Below are positions 16,945-25,391 of a DNA stretch of 64,000 nt, one piece after another. Each line of letters starts with the position of its first letter. Position 1 is the stretch's first letter. Position numbers and translations under genes: made by a program. The notes below the pieces were generated by a model. It ran no database searches. It had not been told where the DNA came from and was given only the letters and a program-made list of their open reading frames with translations. The DNA comes from a virus, in IMG/VR virus record IMGVR_UViG_3300032313_000518, positions 1 to 64,000 of that record; one strand, written 5' to 3'.

Positions 16945-16972
16945 AAAAAAGGTGTAGGGACATCCCACACCT
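16945..16972 (-). terminator. terminator-like hairpin in the TBDR 5' leader
   Basis: Minus strand AGGTGTGGGATGTCCCTACACC-TTTTTT, about 40 nt upstream of the ATG. Confidence 0.75.
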
Positions 16973-16976
16973 GCTT

Positions 16977-17072
16977 AAAGATAGAATAGTTGCCTGTTAG
17001 AAGGCTCGTTTAAAAATGTAACTTTTTTTAGATTTATTTGTTTGTCTAACATAGGCAATGTTTTCTATCCTT
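16977..17072 (-). ncRNA. structured RNA candidate (long interrupted hairpin with central bubble; overlaps a 25-codon uORF at 17052-16975)
   Basis: GATAGAA/TTCTATC, TTGCCT/AGGCAA and GTTAGA/TCTAAC stems; apical TAAAAA/TTTTTA. Confidence 0.55.
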
Positions 17073-17103
17073 TTATAACTATTTGATAGATATAAAATTT
17101 TAA

Positions 17104-17135
17104 CAAAGATACGAAGAAAAAATGAAAAATCCTAA
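17104..17135 (-). promoter_or_regulatory. Bacteroidota-type promoter TTAG-N20-TATCTTTG driving TBDR leader
   Basis: Reverse complement of CAAAGATA 17104-17111 and CTAA 17132-17135; upstream direct repeat TTAGTAT..CCAATAT twice (about 17144-17178). Confidence 0.8.
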
Positions 17136-17211
17136 TTTTTTGTTTAGTATTTTACCAATATGATTAGTATGCCCAATATTAAAAAATAATTAAAAAATAT
17201 TTGGTAAAAAA

Positions 17212-17243
17212 TTAGGAAATGTAAAAACTTTTTATTACCTTTA
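17212..17243 (+). promoter_or_regulatory. early promoter TTAG-N20-TACCTTTA
   Basis: TTAG 17212, TACCTTTA 17236-17243. Confidence 0.8.
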
Positions 17244-17269
17244 CTATGTAATAAATGATAAAATAAGAT

Positions 17270-17590
17270 ATGAAAAATTACAATAACCCCATCGTTGAAA
17301 AGTTTATTGAAAAAGTGAATGCTGAAATCGAAGAGTATTATTCAACTCACTTATCAAACCTAACACCCAAACCAATGGAGATGCGTGTTGGTACTAAGTT
17401 TATCAAATTAATTAGTAACGGAAGCGTATGGGGATTTATCTCCCGATATGATGGTGATTACAAAGGAGTTCCAATTAAGAAAGGTGATTTAATGAAATCT
17501 GCTTCCCGTAATGCTCCTGCCAAACATAGTAGAGGTAACATCGTTGATGGAACTGCTCGTTATGGTGTGTATGGAGTTCAGTACCTATAA
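17270..17590 (+). CDS. conserved phage hypothetical protein
   Basis: G.KFIKL..GSVWGFI...GDLMK.AS..APAKH.RGNI motif, widespread in large phages. Confidence 0.75.
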   Translation: MKNYNNPIVEKFIEKVNAEIEEYYSTHLSNLTPKPMEMRVGTKFIKLISNGSVWGFISRYDGDYKGVPIKKGDLMKSASRNAPAKHSRGNIVDGTARYGVYGVQYL

Positions 17591-17600
17591 AAAATAAAGA

Positions 17601-18977
17601 GTGCAGTTAAGACCAAATCAAATAGAACCTGTTAAAAAGGGAGTGGAATTCTTTAAGCAAAAGAAAGCCGTTCCCTCAATTATTGTTGCTCCAACGGCAT
17701 TCGGTAAATCAATCGTTATCGCTCAGATAGCAAAAGAAGTTGGAGAGAAGTTATTAGTTATCCAACCATCCAAAGAGCTATTAGAGCAGAACTATAATAA
17801 GTTTATAGGGTTAGGTGGTGAGGCATCAATCTATTCGGCTGCTATGGGAGAGAAGGAGATTGGACATGTTACCTATGCAACCATTGGTTCGATTGTAAAC
17901 ATCGCATACAAGTTTAAGGATATGGGTATCACCAAAGTCATTATCGATGAGTGTGATAGATTCCCAAGAGACCCTAAGGGAATGATGAGAAGATTTTTAG
18001 ATGCTGCAAAAACAACTCACGTATTAGGATTAACCGCAACTCCATTAAAGTTACAAACTAATATGGGGGATGATGGAAGACCTTTTTCTAAATTGGTAAT
18101 GTTGACATCCCGTTCTAAAAAGGGTATATTCTTTAAGGAGGTACTTCATGTAGCTCAAATTAAAGAGATGGTTGATTTACAATTTTGGTCTCCTCTAAAA
18201 TATGAATCATATGATTTTAATACTGGGGATTTAGTTTACAATTCGACCAACGCAGAGTTCACCGATGAATCAATTCAAAAAGCTTACAAAAATCAAGATA
18301 TTGGTGGTAAAATAATGAAGAAGATTTCGGATATGCCTGATAGAAAATCTATATTAGTTGCCGTACCCTCAATTGATGATGCTAAATTATTATCAACAAA
18401 ATTACCATCATGTGAAGCAGTATATAGCGGAATGCCTGATAAGGATAGAGATAGGATTATTGATGATTTTAAAAACCTAAGATTACGAATTGTAGTTCAA
18501 GTTACTATTCTTTCGGTAGGATTTGACCATCCTCAATTAGATTGTATCATTACAGGTAGACCTACTGCATCTTTAAGTTGGTGGTATCAATTTGTGGGAA
18601 GAGTAACTCGTATCCACTCCGAAAAGCCAAATGGATTGGTTATAGATTTTGTAGGTAGTGTTCCGAAATTTGGAAAGGTTGAGGATTTATACTTTAAGAA
18701 AGAAGGTGTGATGTGGAAACTCTATGGGGAAGGTCAAAAGTTGTTGACTGGTATTCCATTGCATGAAGTTGGATTACATATAGAAGGAAAGAAATCTCCT
18801 TACGAATTAGCAGAAGAAAGTCCTGATGTGATTATGACATTTGGCAAATACAAAGATACACCAATCAGAAAAATACCTATATGGTATAGAAAGTGGATGT
18901 TGGAGAACATTACTTGGAATCAATTTAATCAAGCCATAAAAGCTGAATTACTCCGATTAAAAAATATTGGAATTTAA
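17601..18977 (+). CDS. superfamily II DNA/RNA helicase (RadD/YejH-like) with C-terminal FGKYK domain
   Basis: LRPNQ, APTAFGKS, DECD, GLTATP, LSVGFDHP.LD, QFVGRVTR; tail MTFGKYKD.PI..IP.WY.KW. Confidence 0.9.
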   Translation: MQLRPNQIEPVKKGVEFFKQKKAVPSIIVAPTAFGKSIVIAQIAKEVGEKLLVIQPSKELLEQNYNKFIGLGGEASIYSAAMGEKEIGHVTYATIGSIVNIAYKFKDMGITKVIIDECDRFPRDPKGMMRRFLDAAKTTHVLGLTATPLKLQTNMGDDGRPFSKLVMLTSRSKKGIFFKEVLHVAQIKEMVDLQFWSPLKYESYDFNTGDLVYNSTNAEFTDESIQKAYKNQDIGGKIMKKISDMPDRKSILVAVPSIDDAKLLSTKLPSCEAVYSGMPDKDRDRIIDDFKNLRLRIVVQVTILSVGFDHPQLDCIITGRPTASLSWWYQFVGRVTRIHSEKPNGLVIDFVGSVPKFGKVEDLYFKKEGVMWKLYGEGQKLLTGIPLHEVGLHIEGKKSPYELAEESPDVIMTFGKYKDTPIRKIPIWYRKWMLENITWNQFNQAIKAELLRLKNIGI

Positions 18978-18997
18978 TCTATTCAATATTTATTGGT

Positions 18998-19243
18998 ATG
19001 TTGAATAAATTTAGATACTACATATCAAGATATTGGGTTACTATATCGTTTATAGTATTAGCAATTTATTTTTATCCAACACATACTGAAATAACTCAAT
19101 GTGGTCCAATGATATTGGATTCAAATAATAATCATAAAACATTATTTGGATTAGGTGAAATGAGCTGGATGTGGTTATTGATGGCAGTAGCACATGGTGC
19201 TAACTATTGTTATTGCGATATAAAAAAATTAATAAAAAAATAA
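18998..19243 (+). CDS. membrane protein
   Basis: Two hydrophobic segments, GEMSWMWLLMAVAH; ATATTTAT 4 nt before ATG. Confidence 0.65.
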   Translation: MLNKFRYYISRYWVTISFIVLAIYFYPTHTEITQCGPMILDSNNNHKTLFGLGEMSWMWLLMAVAHGANYCYCDIKKLIKK

Positions 19244-19244
19244 A

Positions 19245-19478
19245 ATGTCATATTTCGTACACAAACAACTAATACCCATTGATTCAAATGTGGGTGACCC
19301 GAATTGGGCAAAAAGACAGATATGGGTTTTACGCCTAAATCCAAATGATACCATTGATGAATTTGATACTATCGATGAAGCACAAGTTAAAGTTGGATTA
19401 TTAATGAATGAAGACCCTTCTGGTAGAATCTACAAAGTTGTAGAACGATTGGAAGATGGTACATTCTCCGATATTTAA
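19245..19478 (+). CDS. hypothetical protein
   Basis: 77 aa ORF. Confidence 0.7.
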   Translation: MSYFVHKQLIPIDSNVGDPNWAKRQIWVLRLNPNDTIDEFDTIDEAQVKVGLLMNEDPSGRIYKVVERLEDGTFSDI

Positions 19479-19493
19479 AAAAATAATAAACAT

Positions 19494-19636
19494 ACATGCG
19501 GTAACACTTCCCTGGTTTGCACTGTGTCACATGTCTGCCTGCGAAAAGTTGTCAAAAGATTGAAATTAAAAATTTTGCCTGAACCAATAATCTTCCAACT
19601 TTTTTAGGTGATTAAAGTATAGTATCCGAAGGACAC
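19494..19636 (-). ncRNA. structured intergenic RNA candidate
   Basis: Minus strand: GTGTCC/GGATAC, AAAAGTTG/CAACTTTT plus AAGATT/AATCTT, ACATGTG/CGCATGT plus ACAC/GTGT; G-U pairs favour the minus strand. Confidence 0.55.
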
Positions 19637-19716
19637 ATTTATATATATGACCATCTTTTACCAAACGAAAGAAAAAAATCAAAAAATATTAAAAAAATAA
19701 AATATAGTTTGTTTTG

Positions 19717-19748
19717 TTTGGATTTATCAATTTTTATTCTTATCTTTG
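19717..19748 (+). promoter_or_regulatory. Bacteroidota-type promoter TTTG-N20-TATCTTTG
   Basis: Full consensus match. Confidence 0.85.
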
Positions 19749-19770
19749 TAAATTAACTAAAACAAAATAT

Positions 19771-20130
19771 ATGTTACACTCGAATTTTGAAGACCCTTCA
19801 ATTGTTGAATTAGCCGAAAAGGATTATCCTGAAACTACTGCTGAATACAAACGAATTATGTATGAGCAATATGAATTGTTCTGCCGTAAACAATCAAACT
19901 ACGGACCGGGAAACATTTCGGTAGGAACTGAATGTAGAAGTGATGCGGATGTAAAGTTATCATTGACTGGATTGTGGTTTAGAATTAATGATAAGATTAA
20001 TCGTTTAAAACAAATGATTATTATTGGAGCACAAGATAATGTTGGAGAATCTCTAACGGATACATATCAAGACCTTTCAGTATATGGTATCATCGCTCAA
20101 ATTGTACAAAACAAAAAGTGGGGTAAGTAA
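19771..20130 (+). CDS. nucleotide modification associated domain 1 (Nmad1/DUF1599) protein
   Basis: KQ.NYG..NI, R.NDKINRL, ESL.DT..DL..Y.II. Confidence 0.8.
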   Translation: MLHSNFEDPSIVELAEKDYPETTAEYKRIMYEQYELFCRKQSNYGPGNISVGTECRSDADVKLSLTGLWFRINDKINRLKQMIIIGAQDNVGESLTDTYQDLSVYGIIAQIVQNKKWGK

Positions 20131-20570
20131 TGGAGTGGGGTGAATACTTTATTAATATAGCCGAACAGGTTAAATTAAAATCAAAAGATAACAACACCAA
20201 AATAGGAGTGGTTATAGTTGGTAAAGATAATGAGATTGTTTCTACCGGCTATAACTCCTTTCCAAGAGGTATTGATGATAGTGTAGAAGAACGACAAGAA
20301 AAACCTGAAAAGTATTTTTGGTTTGAGCATGCAGAACGTAACGCAATCTACAACGCAGCACGAATTGGAGTATCAACTTTAGGAACTACAATGTATATGA
20401 CTTGTGGTATCAGTTGTGCGGATTGTGCTAGAGCTATTATCAATGCAGGAATTTCAAAGATTGTACTTCGTAGTGGGAAAGGTGCAATGAGTCCAAAGTG
20501 GGTAGAATCATCACAACGTTCAAATCAAATGTTTAAAGAAGCCGGAATCCAAATCGAATATTATGATTAA
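20130..20570 (+). CDS. dCMP deaminase
   Basis: S.D..TKIG.VIV, TGYN.FPRG, HAERNAI, CADCARAII. Confidence 0.92.
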   Translation: MEWGEYFINIAEQVKLKSKDNNTKIGVVIVGKDNEIVSTGYNSFPRGIDDSVEERQEKPEKYFWFEHAERNAIYNAARIGVSTLGTTMYMTCGISCADCARAIINAGISKIVLRSGKGAMSPKWVESSQRSNQMFKEAGIQIEYYD

Positions 20571-20585
20571 TTCATATTTATTTGT

Positions 20586-21941
20586 ATGGAATACAGACCA
20601 ATAGCAGATTTAGATAATCTATACCCATTAACCGAAAATCCTGAATTAACACCATATAATACTGTAGCTAAAGATTTGGTTAGTTTTACAGGGTTATATC
20701 CTGATGTTAATAAAATTGATATTGCAATAAAATCCATAAAAGATATACAAATTGTTGCTAACACAAATTTTCAATTTATAATAGCCGTTAAAAAATATAA
20801 TATTGATGAACCTGAAAAAATTCAATATTTTACATCTCCAAGTTTTTATTCTTTATTGGAAACCGCTTTATATGAATCAAATCATTACTTTATAAATTCT
20901 GCTCAAGGTAAATTTTTATATTATAGTTTACCATTATCTTCAAAAAGAACTTTATCAATTGATGCTAAATATGTAGTTGAGTTTGTACTTGAAGAAACAT
21001 TAAAATTATTTTCAACACCAACAGACCCAAAGAAAAAATCAATGAGGAAACTGGAAAATGAAGCAGGTGTTAATTTTAAAAAAAATATATATTTTAATTA
21101 TTCAGATAATTCAATTGATTATTATTCTTTAATTAAATATATTGATTGGGTTGTATCTTCTGAAAATTTGACAGAAATAATTGAGCAAAATGGAGTATTG
21201 GAAGCAAGTGCTTTATGTGATTTTGCATATGGTAGATTAAATAGTAATGGTGAATTTATCACTAAAGCTGCATATGATTTAGAAACAAAACTTCAAGATT
21301 TACAAGATGAGTTAGATGCTCTTAATGTTGATATTGGTAAAGTGGAATATGCAATAAAGAACCCAACTAATGCTGAGTTAAATTTATCTAATGTTGCACT
21401 TGGTGCATTAGCTGGAGTAGCTGGTGCTGCTGTTATTGGAGCTGGTATTGGTGCATTGGGAGCTACTGCATTGGCAACAGCTGCTGGAGCAATTGCTGGA
21501 GTTCCTGTTGTTACGGGATTAAGTACAGTATTAGCAGGTGCATTATCTGGAGCAGCATTAGGACCTATTGGAATAGCTGCTGGTTTGGTGGTTGGTGGTT
21601 TGTTTGCAATATTTGGTAGTAATAAGAATAAAAATGCACAACAAAAAGCAATAAATGAATTTGTTCAAAATCTCAAAGGTGAATTAGCAAAATTAAAAGC
21701 AAGAAAAACTGAAATAGAAACTCAAATAGAAAAATTAAAACAAAATATAACTGTGTTAGGTGATACTAAATTAAATCCATCTGGGATTAATAAATTTGAT
21801 TTAAGTACAACTTATATTGTAAAAAACACACCACCCCCACCACCAATGTCAGGTACTATTGATGCACCATCTGGTGGAAACCAAGGTGGAGGAACGCCGG
21901 GCGGACCAGGATTTAATGATAGTGGTACATATGGTTCATAA
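20586..21941 (+). CDS. hypothetical protein: coiled coils flanking a long Gly/Ala hydrophobic hairpin
   Basis: About 75 aa G/A-rich hydrophobic stretch (GPIGIAAGLVVGGLF) between heptad regions; late motif 4 nt before ATG. Confidence 0.75.
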   Translation: MEYRPIADLDNLYPLTENPELTPYNTVAKDLVSFTGLYPDVNKIDIAIKSIKDIQIVANTNFQFIIAVKKYNIDEPEKIQYFTSPSFYSLLETALYESNHYFINSAQGKFLYYSLPLSSKRTLSIDAKYVVEFVLEETLKLFSTPTDPKKKSMRKLENEAGVNFKKNIYFNYSDNSIDYYSLIKYIDWVVSSENLTEIIEQNGVLEASALCDFAYGRLNSNGEFITKAAYDLETKLQDLQDELDALNVDIGKVEYAIKNPTNAELNLSNVALGALAGVAGAAVIGAGIGALGATALATAAGAIAGVPVVTGLSTVLAGALSGAALGPIGIAAGLVVGGLFAIFGSNKNKNAQQKAINEFVQNLKGELAKLKARKTEIETQIEKLKQNITVLGDTKLNPSGINKFDLSTTYIVKNTPPPPPMSGTIDAPSGGNQGGGTPGGPGFNDSGTYGS

Positions 21942-22525
21942 TGTTTTATGTAAGATGTGGAAATATAGAATCTAATATACCTTGGGGTAGACCTAATGTT
22001 GAGGCATTGAAAAATTGGTACACTCAATTATCTCAATTAAATTCAAATACAAATAAATTCAAATTTAATATAGTTGGTGGATTTGCGGAAAAACTATCAA
22101 ACCCTAATATAGATACTTGGGATATTGATATTGCATTAACATCTGATATTATAGAAGATTATAATCAAATAAAAACTTTATTGGATGATGCAACTAAATT
22201 AGCTTTTGAAAATAAAATACTATTGGATATATATTGGGTTAATCATCAGCTATTTGATTTCCACCAAAACTTATCAGCAGATACGAATTTAGAAAATATT
22301 GACAAATCTAAATTAATTTTAATAAGAAATTTTTATGATTTTGAAATAACTAAAAATGGTAATACAACTTATATAGATTTGCGTAATAATCAACAAGTTA
22401 GGGAATTAATTGATGGATTATATATGTTTTATGGATACAATGAATCTACTATAAATAAGGTAATAAGCCGAATAAAGGATAATATTTACAAACGTAATAT
22501 TGTAGAAATACAATCTATTTATTGA
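21941..22525 (+). CDS. Pol-beta superfamily nucleotidyltransferase-like protein
   Basis: IVGGF...TWDIDI...LLDIYW. Confidence 0.55.
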   Translation: MFYVRCGNIESNIPWGRPNVEALKNWYTQLSQLNSNTNKFKFNIVGGFAEKLSNPNIDTWDIDIALTSDIIEDYNQIKTLLDDATKLAFENKILLDIYWVNHQLFDFHQNLSADTNLENIDKSKLILIRNFYDFEITKNGNTTYIDLRNNQQVRELIDGLYMFYGYNESTINKVISRIKDNIYKRNIVEIQSIY

Positions 22526-22565
22526 TTTTACAAATACTTATTAGTAATAAAACTAAGTTTTGCCT

Positions 22566-22931
22566 ATGGCATATTCTAAGGTACATTGGAAAAAGTATTT
22601 AGATAGTTCACATCCTACTATCAATCAATACCTTAGTGTATTTGGTGATAACTTCATCAAACAAACTCACCACCGAATCAAACAAGCTCACAAAAGAAAG
22701 TTGCCCGAAATCGTTCTCATTCGATTTAAGGATTCCGATATTGTTTCCATCGTAAAAAGTAAACATTATATTTCAGTATTGGAAAATCTTCTAAACTTAT
22801 GCATTAAGTTAGAGAAGTATGAGTTGTGTGGGGATATACATCAAACATTGGATTTATTAAAAAGTAAAAATAAGATTAGAATCGCACTAGGTGTGGTTGG
22901 TAAAACTAATCCGGTTACGTTAGTGAACTAA
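22566..22931 (+). CDS. hypothetical protein with UVR-like helix
   Basis: CIKLEKYELCGDIHQ; ATACTTAT at 22534. Confidence 0.7.
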   Translation: MAYSKVHWKKYLDSSHPTINQYLSVFGDNFIKQTHHRIKQAHKRKLPEIVLIRFKDSDIVSIVKSKHYISVLENLLNLCIKLEKYELCGDIHQTLDLLKSKNKIRIALGVVGKTNPVTLVN

Positions 22932-22943
22932 ATAGTAATCAAT

Positions 22944-23783
22944 ATGGGAAAGAGACAACCAAAAACTCTGGATGAAGTAAGAGAGGCAATAAACGTTTTG
23001 CCAAAAGTAGTAAAAAAGATTAAATTCAAAACAAAAAATCAAAAGAGGTTTTTTAAAGCAATTGAAAGTGATGGAAATAATATTGTAATGGCTCATGCAT
23101 TAGCAGGGGCAGGTAAGACCTACGTTGCAATACAAAAAGGATTGGAGTTACTATTCCACAAATCATCACCAATTGAAAAACTTATTATTATGAACCCAAC
23201 GGTTGATGTGGGTGGTGAGGATAAGTTGGGTTTCTTACCCGGAGATTTGATGGAGAAGATTGAAGTACACAACGAATCTGCTCTATACATTTTAGATAAG
23301 ATAATAGGATTGGCAGAAACTCGTAGATTAATTGCACAAGGAAAGATTGAGTTCAAAGTACTTAACTTTTTGAGAGGAAACAATATGGAGAAATCGTATG
23401 TTATATTGGATGAAGCACAAAACGCATCACCTCTACAACTTAAAACATTAGTAACCCGTATTACGGATGATTCAAAACTTATCATTCAGGGTGACCTTTC
23501 ACAATGTGATAAGTATAGAAATAATGGAACACCTGCTTACCAAAAGAGTGGGTTCTACGATGTGTGGAAACGATTGGCAGGATTGAAGGGAGTTTATCAA
23601 ATAGAGTTTACTAAAGATGATTGTATCCGTTCTGGTATTGTTAAAAGAATATTGGAAAGATATGAATTGGAAGAGGAAATATATTTGGGAGAAAACAACG
23701 CATACGAAATATATGTTGATTATAATCCAGCCGTAGAGATATTGGATATAGAAGAGTACCAGTTTGTTGATGAAATACAATAA
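22944..23783 (+). CDS. phoH: PhoH-like ATPase
   Basis: KTKNQ, AGAGKT, LGFLPGDL.EK, FLRG, ILDEAQN, TRI...SKLII.GD..QCD, DCIRSGIV. Confidence 0.93.
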   Translation: MGKRQPKTLDEVREAINVLPKVVKKIKFKTKNQKRFFKAIESDGNNIVMAHALAGAGKTYVAIQKGLELLFHKSSPIEKLIIMNPTVDVGGEDKLGFLPGDLMEKIEVHNESALYILDKIIGLAETRRLIAQGKIEFKVLNFLRGNNMEKSYVILDEAQNASPLQLKTLVTRITDDSKLIIQGDLSQCDKYRNNGTPAYQKSGFYDVWKRLAGLKGVYQIEFTKDDCIRSGIVKRILERYELEEEIYLGENNAYEIYVDYNPAVEILDIEEYQFVDEIQ

Positions 23784-23831
23784 TTTTTGTCAGTAAAATT
23801 TTAATAAAAGTAAAAAATAAAGGGGTAAAAA

Positions 23832-23863
23832 TTTGGTAATTTCAATTATTTTTCGTATATTTG
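23832..23863 (+). promoter_or_regulatory. Bacteroidota-type promoter TTTG-N20-TATATTTG
   Basis: Consensus match. Confidence 0.85.
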
Positions 23864-23891
23864 AAAGTACTAATGATTTACCCCTTTTATT

Positions 23892-24347
23892 ATGAATAAA
23901 AAAGTTATTTGGATTGATATGGATGGTGTTCTGGTTGATTTTGGCGGACACGTTGAAAATATAATGAGAAACAATCCCCATCTAAACGAAGAATATGAAG
24001 GAAGAGAAGATGAAATTCCAAACATATTCAGAAACGCTCCCCCAATCGAAGGGGCAATTGAAGCAGTAAGAAAATTAGAAGAGAGTGGAAAGTATGAGTT
24101 GTATATCGCAACTGCAGCTCCGTGGGGAAATCCTTCTGCTGCTATGGATAAGAGATTATGGATTGTGGAGTACTTTGGTGAGTTGTTCGTTAAAAGAATG
24201 GCAATCACTCACTTAAAGAATATGTTGATTGGGGATTACCTAATTGATGATAGAACTAAGAATGGTGCAGGTGAGTTTAACGGAACTCATATTCACTTTG
24301 GACAAAACGGAACTGATTGGAGTGAAGTTTTAAGATTGTTACTATAA
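23892..24347 (+). CDS. 5'(3')-deoxyribonucleotidase (NT5C, HAD family)
   Basis: IDMDGVLVDF, TAAPW, K..W...FG, GDYLIDDR.KNG. Confidence 0.9.
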   Translation: MNKKVIWIDMDGVLVDFGGHVENIMRNNPHLNEEYEGREDEIPNIFRNAPPIEGAIEAVRKLEESGKYELYIATAAPWGNPSAAMDKRLWIVEYFGELFVKRMAITHLKNMLIGDYLIDDRTKNGAGEFNGTHIHFGQNGTDWSEVLRLLL

Positions 24348-24350
24348 TAA

Positions 24351-24743
24351 ATGAGAACTAAAGAATTTAAATTACCAACTACACCCATAACCGAAAAAAC
24401 ATTTATTAGGCAAGGGTGGGAAAAGACTCATATTGGTGATAGGTATATTGATGATGAGGGATTTGAAGAAGATGCCGAAGAGTTTGAAGAGGATGGAGAG
24501 ATAGAAGATGATGATGCATATTATTGGACACTCCCATTACCAAAGAGTAGAAGGGAAGACCCATATGCGGTTGTACTAACATCAAACGCAACTGATGAGT
24601 TAAGTGTTGTTAGAGAGTGTGGATTGCAAGATGGTTCGTTTATTGTTGAAATATTTGATTCAGATGGATTAGGATTATGTACAAACGAAGAAGAGTTAGA
24701 AGTATTGTATAGAGCATTAACAGGAGAAGAAATAGAAGATTAA
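24351..24743 (+). CDS. acidic hypothetical protein
   Basis: 130 aa, D/E-rich. Confidence 0.7.
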   Translation: MRTKEFKLPTTPITEKTFIRQGWEKTHIGDRYIDDEGFEEDAEEFEEDGEIEDDDAYYWTLPLPKSRREDPYAVVLTSNATDELSVVRECGLQDGSFIVEIFDSDGLGLCTNEEELEVLYRALTGEEIED

Positions 24744-24745
24744 TT

Positions 24746-25354
24746 ATGAAATTTGAAGAATTTAAAATGAATGCCGATTGGGAAGATTGGATGAAAAATA
24801 TGTTCCATAGTTTTTATACAGAAATATGGGATGACCACGAATACGATAGATTTGGTATTGAAATTTCCGAAGGAGATGTTGTGGTAGATTTGGGTGCAAG
24901 TATTGGATTGTTTTCACAATATGCAGTTAGTAAAGGTGCATCAAAAGTATTTGCTTTTGAATGTATGGATGAAAGGTTTGAATTGATTAAAGAAAACATT
25001 TCAAATACGGATAAGATTACACCAATGTATGGATTGATTTCTGATAAAGCAGATGGTGATAACTACAATTTAGAAAGAATCTTTAAGGATTGTAATGTAG
25101 ACCATATTGATTTTATGAAGGTAGATGTGGATGGTTATGAGTATCCGTTCATATTAAATGCATCTGATGAATTATTTAAGAAAGTAGATAAGTGGGCAAT
25201 GGAAGTTCACATTTGGGGGATGTTTGATAACCGAGCAGATGAGTACATAAAGATGATGCAGATTATAGAGAAGTTCAGTAAGAATGGATATAAGGTAGCT
25301 TGTGAGCACGTTCATAAGAATACAAATCTTTATATGCTATACGCTTCAAAATAA
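24746..25354 (+). CDS. FkbM-family SAM-dependent methyltransferase
   Basis: VVVDLGASIGLFS, KVFAFE, IDFMKVDVDGYEY, MEVH. Confidence 0.85.
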   Translation: MKFEEFKMNADWEDWMKNMFHSFYTEIWDDHEYDRFGIEISEGDVVVDLGASIGLFSQYAVSKGASKVFAFECMDERFELIKENISNTDKITPMYGLISDKADGDNYNLERIFKDCNVDHIDFMKVDVDGYEYPFILNASDELFKKVDKWAMEVHIWGMFDNRADEYIKMMQIIEKFSKNGYKVACEHVHKNTNLYMLYASK

Positions 25355-25355
25355 A

Positions 25356-25387
25356 TTTGGAAATATCAAAAAGTTTTATTATATTTG
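25356..25387 (+). promoter_or_regulatory. Bacteroidota-type promoter; probably a leaderless transcript
   Basis: TTTG-N20-TATATTTG ends 4 nt before ATG 25392. Confidence 0.75.
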
Positions 25388-25391
25388 TAAC

